DNA of 54,728 nt from a virus (Duplodnaviria; Caudoviricetes), in the IMG/VR virus record IMGVR_UViG_3300044822_000131, positions 1-54,728 of that record; one strand, given 5' to 3'. Positions 8,522-17,055 of the stretch are shown here, one piece after another. Below the pieces are notes generated by a model, which was not told where the DNA came from, did not search any database, and saw nothing but the letters and a program-made list of their open reading frames with translations. Every line of letters starts with the position of its first letter. Position 1 is the first letter of the stretch. Both the position numbers and the translations under genes were made by a program.

Positions 8522-9541
8522 TTAGACTTCCGCTAGGAACTTCGCCGCGAGCAACGTGAGCTCGTCACGCTCAAATGAACGCTCGAACATGCGCGCGACC
8601 TTAGTGTTGTCGTCGCACCCGTTGCGCTGCGTCAGCAGGTGTTGCTCGAGGTCCGCGACGGCGTTGTACGCGCCCCATGCGGTCCAACGAACCGCGTCGA
8701 GGTCCGGTGCTTGCGCCGCCTCCGCCAGCAGCGTGCGCTTCTTGTTCACGTTCGTTATCATCCGACTGGTCAACTCACGGCCCGGCAAATCCTCCGGAAC
8801 CGGGAACAGCACCTCGACCAGTTTGCGGTACGTTTCCTTTCCGATCGGCTTCGCCAGCAGTTCCTTGGCGAAGGCCTCGAATTGCTCGCGCTCTTTGGGG
8901 ATTAGGGCCAGCATGCGCCGCCCGGCCTCGATACGCTCGGCGTAGTTTTTCGTGTGCCGAATGGAGAGCGTCTGCCCCTTCTCACCCATCGCACCGGCGA
9001 AGGTGTTGCAGCACACCACGCGCGTGTTCACGACCTTGCACCGCAGCGACGAACTCCCATCGTGAGCCGTGGTCGCGAGAAGAAACGTCCGAATCTCATC
9101 GTCCGCGATGTAGAGCGACTTATCCAGTCGCACCAGTCCCCAACCGACACGCCCGTCGAACAGCAGCCCAGCCGTTTCGTAGTGCGCGTAGCCGGGCCGC
9201 GACGTCAATTCGTCGCACACGCTAAACATCGTCGGAAAGTCGATAACCTCGTAACCTTCGCCGACCGCGACGCCCGGCAACGGTTGGAGCGTGTCCGACC
9301 GGATAATCGCGTACCGTTCGGGCACCTTGATCGGCGGCTCACCCGCATCTTTCGCCGCCTTCGACGCGTAGGTCAGCATCGGCGACTTCCCCAATCGGAA
9401 ATCCATTCCGCACACCTTCATCATCTCGGCTGCCGTCGCGTACCCTTTCAGCTCCGTGGCCTGCCCGCGGTCCTCACCACGCATGCCTATCCACCAGGGT
9501 TGTTCACCGACATACGCCATGCGTTTCACGTTTGCGCTCAT
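8522..9541 (-). CDS. DUF932/DUF945 phage-plasmid protein
   Basis: MAYVGEQPW, YETAGLLFDGR, LLATTAHDGSSS, RVVCCNT, IRHT, TAWGAYNAV; GAGGA RBS before ATG 9541. Confidence 0.88.
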   Translation of the reverse strand: MSANVKRMAYVGEQPWWIGMRGEDRGQATELKGYATAAEMMKVCGMDFRLGKSPMLTYASKAAKDAGEPPIKVPERYAIIRSDTLQPLPGVAVGEGYEVIDFPTMFSVCDELTSRPGYAHYETAGLLFDGRVGWGLVRLDKSLYIADDEIRTFLLATTAHDGSSSLRCKVVNTRVVCCNTFAGAMGEKGQTLSIRHTKNYAERIEAGRRMLALIPKEREQFEAFAKELLAKPIGKETYRKLVEVLFPVPEDLPGRELTSRMITNVNKKRTLLAEAAQAPDLDAVRWTAWGAYNAVADLEQHLLTQRNGCDDNTKVARMFERSFERDELTLLAAKFLAEV

Positions 9542-9623
9542 ACTAGATTCCTCTCGCTCATACACCGTCCGTCTAATCGGCCGGTGGCCCCTGTCTCATC
9601 AGTCTCCGATCGGGGCGGCAACG

Positions 9624-9657
9624 GAGAAACCCGCGGGGGGCGAGCCCGCGGGTTCTC
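9624..9657 (-). terminator. Probable terminator hairpin
   Basis: aacccgcggg...cccgcgggtt stem directly after the 9669 stop. Confidence 0.55.
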
Positions 9658-9668
9658 GACTAGGTTCG

Positions 9669-9998
9669 TTACGTGCCCGCACCTCCTGCGCCGTCGCGCG
9701 CCCAAAACTCTGCGAACGCCTCGCGCGCCTCGCGCGCCGTGGCGAACTTCTTGGGGTAGCCGTCGAAGTAGATGGGCGTTAGCGTGCCGCCCGCCTCGAA
9801 CGAAACGAGGGCGAGACTACAGCCTGGGCCCCACCATTGGACACACAGCGCGGGCGTTTGCGGCAGGACCCATATCAGCCCGCCCGTGAGCGTATACTGC
9901 GCGCGCGGTGCGTTCGACGGTCGCACCCAAGGGGTCGCCGTGCCGTCCGCGTGAACGTGGCGCATCGCGCCGGATACGCGCGCCGCACGCCTAGGCAT
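9669..9998 (-). CDS. Hypothetical protein
   Basis: ORF in the early minus-strand operon; ends with FATAREAREAF. Confidence 0.5.
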   Translation of the reverse strand: MPRRAARVSGAMRHVHADGTATPWVRPSNAPRAQYTLTGGLIWVLPQTPALCVQWWGPGCSLALVSFEAGGTLTPIYFDGYPKKFATAREAREAFAEFWARDGAGGAGT

Positions 9999-10710
9999 CG
10001 TGACCACCTTTTAGCGCCCCGCGCTTGGCGCACGACACCCGCGCGCGGCAGAGACCGTTCCGCAGGTTGCGCGCCTTCGTCGCCCGCCCGCAGTGGAAGC
10101 ACCGCGCCTCGTCGTCGCCTTGCGGGATGCTGGCGAACACCTGCGCGACGAGCGCCGACATAACCGGGTCGACCTGGGCCAGCCGCTCGCGCGACACCTT
10201 GGGCCACGGAGAGCGCTCGTCGTTCGCGCCGACGTAGGCGCGTACCGACTCGGCAAAGTACTCGTCAACGCCGCTCGCGGCGTAGGCGGTCACGAACGCC
10301 CGCGCGTCGCGGAACGCCTCGCGCACGCGCTGATCGACGCCCGTGAAGTAAACGCCGCCGCCCAGCGCACAGTCGAGGCCGTGCGCGAACTCGTGGACCA
10401 GCGCCATGTCCGATGCAACTTCGCGCAGGTAGATGGTGCGTTCCGTGACCACGAACAGCCCGGCCGGCGCGACCGGCCAGGCATCAACGTCCACGCCCAA
10501 ACGCCGGAGCTCGGGCGATGCGGCGCAGTACCCTTCGCCTGCCGCGAGAGGGCGCACGGCGATGCCGTGCGCCTCCGCGTACGCGATGACCGACTCCGGG
10601 TAGTAGCGCACCAAGCGCTCGCGCATGTCGGCCGGAATCCCCGCGCCGCCTAGCATGTCGGGCACCCTGGCCGTTCGCACGCCCCAATATCCGGGTCGCC
10701 GCCGTCGCAC
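9991..10710 (-). CDS. Zincin metallopeptidase resembling the anthrax lethal factor / Pro-Pro endopeptidase-type domain (start 10710 or 10656)
   Basis: LVHEFAHGLD plus downstream AYAASGVDEYFAES and LAQVDP. Confidence 0.8.
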   Translation of the reverse strand: MRRRRPGYWGVRTARVPDMLGGAGIPADMRERLVRYYPESVIAYAEAHGIAVRPLAAGEGYCAASPELRRLGVDVDAWPVAPAGLFVVTERTIYLREVASDMALVHEFAHGLDCALGGGVYFTGVDQRVREAFRDARAFVTAYAASGVDEYFAESVRAYVGANDERSPWPKVSRERLAQVDPVMSALVAQVFASIPQGDDEARCFHCGRATKARNLRNGLCRARVSCAKRGALKGGHDA

Positions 10711-11012
10711 GCCACCTCGCCGCCTTCGTCGTCGAAGGTGAACGTGATCGGTACGAACGGTTGACGGTTGTCGAACGCCACGACCGCTCGCAACGCAACT
10801 TCGGGAAGGGCGAGTGACCAGTTACCGAACCGGCCGAACGTCGTGCCGCCGACGGTAGCCGTCGGGTCCCATTGTTCGCGCAGCGCGACCGCGACCACGC
10901 AGCATGCGCAGTAGTCGTGCGGTAAGCCTGCGCCCGGGTTCTCGCGCCAAGCGGCCACCTGTGCCAGCGCCTGCGCGTTGTGCGCTTCGGTCACGTGAAT
11001 CGTCCGAATCAT
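10650..11012 (-). CDS. Hypothetical protein
   Basis: CCVVAVALREQ...FDNRQPFVPITFTF; coupled start. Confidence 0.6.
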   Translation of the reverse strand: MIRTIHVTEAHNAQALAQVAAWRENPGAGLPHDYCACCVVAVALREQWDPTATVGGTTFGRFGNWSLALPEVALRAVVAFDNRQPFVPITFTFDDEGGEVACDGGDPDIGACERPGCPTC

Positions 11013-11599
11013 AGCGCACCATCCAAGTCCAGGGCGTTGAGCGCGTCCCGGAGCTCGCGCAGCGTCGAAGTCGGAATATGCACCGAACCGTCGGTGTAGA
11101 GACCACCGATGGGCCCAATCGCCATCTCAACAGGCCCCGCCGCCGCGGCGCACGCCGCCGGATAGTCGGCACGCGGCACGCGCGTGGTCAGGAGCACGCC
11201 GTTGTCCATCGCGCCCATAACGACCCGTGACTCGCCGCGCGCCTGGTCCCAGAACTCCTCCGCCATCGCGCGCCCCTTCTGGTACGCCGCCTCGTCCGAC
11301 ACCTTCGCCGCCGCCCCGTCCCCGATCGGCCACGCGAAGTACACCGGCGTCGCACCCGTCGCATCCGGCAGCCCGGCCGCAAGGTGGTGCGTCCCGTTGT
11401 GGTGCGTGCAGCCGAGCACCACTTCGCCCGTCGGAGCCTTGGCGCGGCACCCGCCGTTCGTCGCGCCGCCGATCTCCTCAACGGTCCCGTGGTTCCACTT
11501 CGACACCGACGAGCCCAACGTCGCCGAACCCGCCGCCGTCAGCCGATAGCGCACGCTATCGCCAATGTCCGCCCGCGCCCGTTCACTGAGGTCCTTCAT
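11009..11599 (-). CDS. Hypothetical protein
   Basis: ATGA-coupled ORF in the early operon. Confidence 0.6.
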   Translation of the reverse strand: MKDLSERARADIGDSVRYRLTAAGSATLGSSVSKWNHGTVEEIGGATNGGCRAKAPTGEVVLGCTHHNGTHHLAAGLPDATGATPVYFAWPIGDGAAAKVSDEAAYQKGRAMAEEFWDQARGESRVVMGAMDNGVLLTTRVPRADYPAACAAAAGPVEMAIGPIGGLYTDGSVHIPTSTLRELRDALNALDLDGAL

Positions 11600-11835
11600 A
11601 CCGCCACCCCCGTAACGTCGCGAACGTAGTCTCCCGCGCCCTCGACGATAGCGACCATCTTGGCCACGATGTCAGCCGTGACCACCGATCTGCTACGCCC
11701 AGCCCGGATGAGGACCAGGGCGTTCCCGTGCCCCGCCGCGACGAGCCGCTCAACGTCTTTGTCGGTCAGGCCGCAGAACGCGGCTTCCGCCGTTACCACG
11801 CCTGCCTTCACGGCGGCGTCTAAACTGTTTGCCAT
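11596..11835 (-). CDS. Hypothetical protein, first gene of the leftward arm
   Basis: AAGGGAG RBS before ATG 11835 (MANSLDAAVKAG). Confidence 0.65.
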   Translation of the reverse strand: MANSLDAAVKAGVVTAEAAFCGLTDKDVERLVAAGHGNALVLIRAGRSRSVVTADIVAKMVAIVEGAGDYVRDVTGVAV

Positions 11836-12042
11836 TCGTACTCCCTTTCGCCGGGCCCGGCCATCCGCGGTGGCTGTCGATTCAGTACCGTCGTACACCG
11901 GGCCCCGCAGGGTCCGTTCGGCGCAAGCATGCTGTTCGCCCCCTACTCCCTGCTAAACGAAAAAATCTTTACAATTCCCATTTTCCTGCCGATCTCACCA
12001 AACTTTAATGTAGTCGGTTTGACCTGTAAAACCTTACACCGG

Positions 12043-12051
12043 TGCTAAACT
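12043..12051 (+). promoter_or_regulatory. Candidate extended -10 promoter upstream of the hairpin array
   Basis: TGcTAAACT in the AT-rich intergenic zone; TGTAA-aacc-TTACA inverted repeat at 12025-12038. Confidence 0.4.
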
Positions 12052-12071
12052 ATGGCACTGTAGCAACGCGA

Positions 12072-12254
12072 ACTAGCTATGCTGTCGCATAGCTAGTGCG
12101 TAGTGAGCCGGCGACGCCGGCGTCTAGCTAGCGCGCGCTATGCGCGCGTAGCTATGACTAGCTACACCCGCTCGCGCGGGTGTAGCCACACCTAGCTACC
12201 CTCGGTAGCTAGGTCCCACCACTTGCTAGGACCGCCCTGGGGGGCGGTTCTAGC
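12072..12254. repeat. Tandem array of about six hairpins, five with (C)TAGC(TA)-based stems
   Basis: actagctatgc-tgtc-gcatagctagt; gacgccggcgtc; tagcta-g-cgcgcgc-tat-gcgcgcg-tagcta; gctacacccgc-tcgc-gcgggtgtagc; acctagctacc-ctc-ggtagctaggt; gctaggaccgccc-tggg-gggcggttctagc. Confidence 0.9.
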
Positions 12255-12361
12255 TACGTGGGGGGGTAGGGGGGGTACCTCTCTGACGTATACGTTTATC
12301 TGACTCCGCTTGCTCGGACGCTAGGGACATCGCGCCCAAAGCGTGGTACGCTTCGAGTACC

Positions 12362-12841
12362 GTGGACGACTACGAGCTCCGAACGCTCCTCGCGACGATC
12401 CTTCATAAGCTCACCGAGCTCACCCGAAAGGTGGATGCCGTGGCAACCTCTCAAGCCCAACTCGACGCCTACATAGAAAGCGTGCTCGTGCCGGCGTATG
12501 CCGCGCTCGAGGCGCAGGGGACGCAGATCTTGGCGGCCGTCAACGCCCTGGTCGCGGCCTATCAGGCCAATCCCCAGGAAGATCTGACGCCGCAACTGAG
12601 CGAGTTGCAGACCCTGGCCGGGAAGATGTCGACCGATCAGACGCAGGCCGGCCAGTTTTTGACCCAGCTCCAGTCGGAGACTCCGCCCAATGCGTCGTCC
12701 GGGGCGGGGGGGACGGCCACGCAGTCGGTGGCGGCATCGGCGCGCGTGACGGCGGCGGGGAACCCGGCGGGGGTCTCGGCGACGTCGCCGGGGCAGCCGG
12801 GGGCTGCCGGCTCGGGAGGGACCACGGTCGGCTCGGAGTAA
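12362..12841 (+). CDS. Hypothetical coiled-coil protein with low-complexity tail
   Basis: First rightward ORF, helical heptad pattern. Confidence 0.65.
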   Translation: MDDYELRTLLATILHKLTELTRKVDAVATSQAQLDAYIESVLVPAYAALEAQGTQILAAVNALVAAYQANPQEDLTPQLSELQTLAGKMSTDQTQAGQFLTQLQSETPPNASSGAGGTATQSVAASARVTAAGNPAGVSATSPGQPGAAGSGGTTVGSE

Positions 12842-12933
12842 CACTCGGCGCACGCCGCACGCACGCCTGACCAGGGTGGGCCCCTCTCGATCGCAACCGT
12901 CACGCACAGGCGGGTGGGGCGGTCGAGGGGGGC

Positions 12934-12962
12934 TTGTTCATGTGAACGAGGGGTGCTAGAAT
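12934..12962 (+). promoter_or_regulatory. Sigma70-type promoter, probably giving a leaderless mRNA
   Basis: TTGTTC-17 bp-TAGAAT with TG extension; ATG 6 nt after the -10. Confidence 0.55.
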
Positions 12963-12968
12963 CGGGGC

Positions 12969-13187
12969 ATGCCGATGTACGAGTACGAGTGTCCTAGCCC
13001 AGAGTGCGGGCAGCGCGTGGCGCTGCGCCGCGCCTTTGCCGAGCGCGACCTGCCGGTCTTGTGTCCGAACGCCCTTCACCTCGCGTTCGAGGGCAGGGGG
13101 GACTGCGAGGAGATGAGGCTCGTGGTCTCGGTGCCCGGCGTGGCGCACGTTGAGGGCGGGACCGGCGCGTCGCGATCGGCGCGCTGA
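12969..13187 (+). CDS. FmdB-family zinc-ribbon protein
   Basis: MPMYEYECPSPECG...CP...MRLVVSVP. Confidence 0.8.
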   Translation: MPMYEYECPSPECGQRVALRRAFAERDLPVLCPNALHLAFEGRGDCEEMRLVVSVPGVAHVEGGTGASRSAR

Positions 13188-13570
13188 TGTGCGTCGGGGA
13201 CGAGTTTGACCAGGTGCCGATCGAAGACAAGGCGTTCTGGGAGCAGGTGGCCGGCCGTGACATGCATCAGCGCGCATACGATGCCATGATGGCGAGGATC
13301 GCCGCCGGCGAGACTGTCGAGGTCGAGCATGACCCCCCGTCGCCCATGTGCTACATCGACCGGCTCACGGCGCAGGAGGTTGTACCGTCGGCGGGGACGG
13401 CGCAGGGGGTTGTACTGTCGCCGGAGATCCCGCAGCAGCCGCGCATCCTCGACCGCACCCACGAGACCGATGATCCCGTGCCGCTTGGGAACGGGTGGAC
13501 GCTCGTGTGGCACGCTGACTTTCGGGCGTTCGGGAGGCGGTGGTTCATCTCGGTCGAGCGCAAGCCGTGA
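13187..13570 (+). CDS. Hypothetical protein
   Basis: TGATG-coupled ORF. Confidence 0.55.
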   Translation: MCVGDEFDQVPIEDKAFWEQVAGRDMHQRAYDAMMARIAAGETVEVEHDPPSPMCYIDRLTAQEVVPSAGTAQGVVLSPEIPQQPRILDRTHETDDPVPLGNGWTLVWHADFRAFGRRWFISVERKP

Positions 13571-13758
13571 TCGTGGTGCATATCTCGCTCGCGGCGTTTT
13601 TGGGGTGCATCGTCAACGCCGTGCTGTGCTTCGCGAGAGGGGATGTGTCGGCTGTGGTGTGGTCCGTGGCGGCGCTCGGGTGGCTTGGGTCCGCGTGCAA
13701 CGCCTTTGCGTTCGTCAATGCTTTGAAAGAGGTCGACAAGGGGTGTGGGAAGCCGTGA
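13567..13758 (+). CDS. Small membrane protein
   Basis: Two hydrophobic segments; GTGA coupling. Confidence 0.5.
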   Translation: MIVVHISLAAFLGCIVNAVLCFARGDVSAVVWSVAALGWLGSACNAFAFVNALKEVDKGCGKP

Positions 13759-14060
13759 GCACCGAGGTTGAGGGAGGTCGCCAGGTTGCGCTTATCGTGC
13801 GTAAGGGGCCCGCGGCGAAGGTGTACTTCGATGACGAGAGCGGCCAGTTTCGCGTCAACGTCATCGTGCGTGGGGCGTTCGTTCCGCGGCGCTTCGCGGT
13901 GGCCCCGGTGGAGGGCCGGTGTAACGGCGATGAGGCGTTCGTGTGCTTCCCGCAGGGGGACGCTCTCCCGGCGGAGGTGACGGCGTGTTATCGGTTTCAT
14001 ACGTGGACGATCGACGTTGAGTTGACGCCGGAGGGGTGGAAGGTGGAGAGTGCCGGCTGA
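13755..14060 (+). CDS. Hypothetical protein
   Basis: GTGA-coupled ORF. Confidence 0.5.
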   Translation: MSTEVEGGRQVALIVRKGPAAKVYFDDESGQFRVNVIVRGAFVPRRFAVAPVEGRCNGDEAFVCFPQGDALPAEVTACYRFHTWTIDVELTPEGWKVESAG

Positions 14061-14295
14061 GTTCCGATGCCTGTGCTGCGGGCACGATTGGGTGCAAGGG
14101 GGGACGGATGCGGCGGCTGGGCCGGCCAACGGCCAGTGCGTGCGCTGCGGGTCCCTCGTTGAGCCCGCCACGATGATCGTCGAGACCGCCCCGGATGCGA
14201 CGGTGGTGATGGTTCCGAATCGGCCGGGGCGGGATTGGGAGCATCAGGCCCACGCGCCGCAGGGCCGCAAGCCCTCGAAGGATGCGCTCGAGTGA
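14050..14295 (+). CDS. Small zinc-ribbon protein
   Basis: FRCLCCGHDW...CVRCGS. Confidence 0.6.
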   Translation: MPAEFRCLCCGHDWVQGGTDAAAGPANGQCVRCGSLVEPATMIVETAPDATVVMVPNRPGRDWEHQAHAPQGRKPSKDALE

Positions 14296-14612
14296 CGCGC
14301 CGGTCGGGGCAGGATCATCCGGCTGCGAAGCTGACTGAGGAGCAGGTTGCGGCGATCCGCGGCTCGCACATGGGGCCCTCGGAGTTGGCGCGGCTGTTTG
14401 GGGTGTCGAAGGCGACCATTTCCCTCATTAAGAGGGGTAAGTCGTGGACTGCTCCCCCGCAACCACAACCACAACCGGGTGTGGGGGGTGGAGAGCAGGC
14501 TGCGGTCGGTCGTAGCGCTCCCGAGCCGGTCCAGGGGGGGTCCGACGTAGCACGAACGGCGGACGCGGCAGGCTCGGGAGCGTTCCCGGTGGACCGGCGG
14601 GCCGCGAAGTGA
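14292..14612 (+). CDS. Stand-alone HTH DNA-binding protein of the type found at the C-terminus of HNH homing endonucleases
   Basis: GQDHPAAKLTEEQVAAIR...ELARLFGVSKATISLIKRGKSW. Confidence 0.75.
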   Translation: MTRRSGQDHPAAKLTEEQVAAIRGSHMGPSELARLFGVSKATISLIKRGKSWTAPPQPQPQPGVGGGEQAAVGRSAPEPVQGGSDVARTADAAGSGAFPVDRRAAK

Positions 14613-14703
14613 GGCTCGCCATGACGTTCCTGGTCGGGTCCGTGATCGGCGACGTCTTTGGGACGGTCGTCACCTGGCTGACGCTGCACGGGGGGCACGG
14701 TTT

Positions 14704-15204
14704 GTGAGCAGCACGGTGCCGGTGGTCGAGCGCATTATGACGCCGTTCGGGGACACGGTGGTGCTGGAGATGCTCGAGGATCCCTCGCCGCTCTCGAAGA
14801 TCGTGTTGCCGCAGGGCGCGCGGGTGCGGTATGACCGGGCCAAGCGGGCGCGCATCGTCGACGTCGGGCCGGATTGCAAGGAGCGGCTGCATCCGGGGCA
14901 AGAGGTCCTGGTCGCCCCGCGGTTCGACGGCGTGGCGCTCAACGTGCCGGGTACCTCGAAGGACGCCGGCCACTACACGGTCACGGTCTCGAAGGCGATC
15001 GTCGCCACGCTCACGGAGGGCCCCGACCCCGCGGCGCTGTACGCGGCGCTCGAGCGTATCCTTGCCCAATTCGACGACCTGCGGGGGACCGAGTACGAGT
15101 GGGTGGCCGTTCACCTCGCCGTGCGGCTGACGGGCCACCCGACGGTGGAGAGCCGGACGGCCGAGGCGCTGCTGCGGTTCTACACGCTGGACGTCAAACC
15201 GTGA
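14704..15204 (+). CDS. Divergent GroES-like protein with C-terminal extension
   Basis: MTPFGDTVVLE...SKIVLP...ARIVDVGPD...LHPGQEVLV...AIVATL matches the GroES pattern. Confidence 0.7.
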   Translation: MSSTVPVVERIMTPFGDTVVLEMLEDPSPLSKIVLPQGARVRYDRAKRARIVDVGPDCKERLHPGQEVLVAPRFDGVALNVPGTSKDAGHYTVTVSKAIVATLTEGPDPAALYAALERILAQFDDLRGTEYEWVAVHLAVRLTGHPTVESRTAEALLRFYTLDVKP

Positions 15205-15911
15205 GGGAGGTGACGGCGGCGCTGCAGGCGATCGAGCGCGAGCAGTTCGTCGAGCCCGCGCGGCGGGCCGCGGCCGAGCGGCGCGCGACGACGCCGGAGC
15301 TTCGGCTCTTGCAGAAGCACTACTACAAGATGGGCGAGGACGATGCCGCGCGACTGGCGCGGGTGGACCCGCGCCATCACCAGTATGGGTGCCGGTGCTT
15401 TTCCTGCGACAAGGACGAGAAGCCGTGTCCGATCGAGGGTTGTTCGGCCGTCGTCAAGGGGACGATACGGCTCGCCGGCCATCTCGAGTTGCACCGCAAG
15501 AAGGCCCGCAACGCCGCGAGCGCCGTGCGGGCCGCGACCAAACCGGTCGGGCTGCCGTTTTTGGAGGCGCTGCTCGGAGATCCCGCGCGGGTCGCATCCA
15601 TTGACCTGCGCGAGCTGCGGGCCTTGGAGGCGCGGCTGCGCGTCCCCGGCCGGCGTCGCGTGCGGCGAACCGGCCTGCTGCGCCAAGTGCTGCTGTCGAT
15701 CGACGCGCACCCGAACGACCCGGTTGCGGTCCAGGCCCAACTACCGCCCGACCTCGCGCGTGTCATCTACCGCCTAGCGGTGGTGGCCGGCGTCAGCGCG
15801 CCGTCGGTCGTGGCCGCGATGCTGTCGTGGGGCATCGAACGGTTCGCCGAAGATTTACGGAAGGGCCGCGCTGCGACTGCGCCCCACATTCCGAAGGGAC
15901 TGGCCGAATGA
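15201..15911 (+). CDS. Putative DNA-binding protein (C2H2-like finger plus RHH-like C-terminus)
   Basis: CPIEGCSAVVKGTIRLAGHLELH; VQAQLPPDLARVIYRLAVVAGVSAPSVVAAML. Confidence 0.5.
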   Translation: MREVTAALQAIEREQFVEPARRAAAERRATTPELRLLQKHYYKMGEDDAARLARVDPRHHQYGCRCFSCDKDEKPCPIEGCSAVVKGTIRLAGHLELHRKKARNAASAVRAATKPVGLPFLEALLGDPARVASIDLRELRALEARLRVPGRRRVRRTGLLRQVLLSIDAHPNDPVAVQAQLPPDLARVIYRLAVVAGVSAPSVVAAMLSWGIERFAEDLRKGRAATAPHIPKGLAE

Positions 15912-16171
15912 TGGAGATGCCCGAGAGCCTCTCGCGTGGGATAGAGCTCGCGCAGGCCAAGGACGACCTCAAGGCCGAGATCGACGGGCTCACCGAGCGC
16001 GACTCGGCGGTGCTCATCATCGGCCGGCGGTGGATGAAGGACGGTAGAGAGTGGTCGAGCGTCCACGCTATGCGGAGGCTCGCGCACCACTTTGAGTCAA
16101 TCGGCATGCTCGAGTTGACGCTCGCTCAAATGTATAACGACCACGGCGATCCCAAAGCCGACGATGATTGA
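15908..16171 (+). CDS. Hypothetical protein
   Basis: ATGA-coupled ORF. Confidence 0.55.
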   Translation: MMEMPESLSRGIELAQAKDDLKAEIDGLTERDSAVLIIGRRWMKDGREWSSVHAMRRLAHHFESIGMLELTLAQMYNDHGDPKADDD

Positions 16172-16547
16172 GTCCGGTGCGTTCGTAAAGAGCCGCTGGG
16201 TCTACACCGGGTGCCCGCGGGACTCGGTCGTGCGGCGGCTGCGCTTCCGCAAGGACCACGTTCTGTTCCGGCCGTACTCACCGCGGGGCTTCACCGCCGG
16301 TGGTTTGTGGCTTGAGCGCAACCCGAACCACCCGAAGATCTGGGGCTGGGTGCTCGCCGCCGACGCGAACAGCGATTTGGATCCGGGCGTGCAGCTCGTG
16401 GTGAAGCGCTGCATGGGCGAGCTCGTCGGCACGGAACGACCCACCAAGGAGCTCTACCCCGGCCATCGCTGGGAAGTCATCGCCCTGCCGATCAACGCGA
16501 TCGCGCTCGCCATCAACCCGCCCCTCGTTAGAATGGAGGCTGCCTAG
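16164..16547 (+). CDS. Highly divergent GroES-like protein
   Basis: LRFRKDHVLFRP...TAGGLWL...GWVLAAD...LDPGVQLVV...AIALAI. Confidence 0.55.
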   Translation: MIESGAFVKSRWVYTGCPRDSVVRRLRFRKDHVLFRPYSPRGFTAGGLWLERNPNHPKIWGWVLAADANSDLDPGVQLVVKRCMGELVGTERPTKELYPGHRWEVIALPINAIALAINPPLVRMEAA

Positions 16548-16981
16548 TGCCCAAGATCAACGAAGCCGGTCTCGAGCTCATCGAGAAATACGAAGGCTTC
16601 TCGCTGCGCGCGTACCCCGACCCCGGCACCGGAGCCGAGCCCTATACGATCGGCTGGGGCCATACCGCGAACGTCCACCCCGGTTTTGCGATCAACAAGG
16701 CGCAGGCGGTGACGTTCCTCGAGAACGACCTGCAAAACGCCGAGGCCGAGGTCGAGAAACTGGTCGAGGTCGACCTCTCGCCAAACCAATTCGCGGCCCT
16801 CGTGTCATTCCAGTACAACACCGGAGCGCTCGCGGGCTCGACGCTGCTCAAAATGCTCAACCAAAAGAACTTCATGGGCGCAGCCGGCCAGTTCGGAGCG
16901 TGGGTCTACGCGGACGGCCAGGTGCTGCAAGGACTGGTGGCCCGGCGCGCAGCCGAGAAAGCGCTGTTTCTTACTCCATGA
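16547..16981 (+). CDS. Endolysin, GH24 phage lysozyme
   Basis: GLELIEKYEGFSLRAYPDPGTG..YTIGWGHT; NQFAALVSFQYNTG; GLVARRAAE. Confidence 0.95.
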   Translation: MPKINEAGLELIEKYEGFSLRAYPDPGTGAEPYTIGWGHTANVHPGFAINKAQAVTFLENDLQNAEAEVEKLVEVDLSPNQFAALVSFQYNTGALAGSTLLKMLNQKNFMGAAGQFGAWVYADGQVLQGLVARRAAEKALFLTP

Positions 16982-17055
16982 ACCTGATGATACCGAGTCT
17001 CGGGACGATCCTCGTCATCATTCTCGTGCTTTGGCTCCCGGGGGTACTCCGATGA
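16978..17055 (+). CDS. Small membrane peptide (25 aa) in the lysis cassette
   Basis: MNLMIPSLGTILVIILVLWLPGVLR; ATGA coupling at both ends. Confidence 0.5.
   Translation: MNLMIPSLGTILVIILVLWLPGVLR

Noticed and set aside
11845-11910. Riboswitch or ribozyme in the leader of the first leftward gene
   Set aside because: A GGGCCCGG/CCGGGCCC stem is present but I could not match any conserved core; needs an Infernal search.
12072-12254. CRISPR array, tRNA cluster or terminator series
   Set aside because: No constant repeat with unique spacers, no cloverleaf or TTCG arm, and no U-tracts after the stems.
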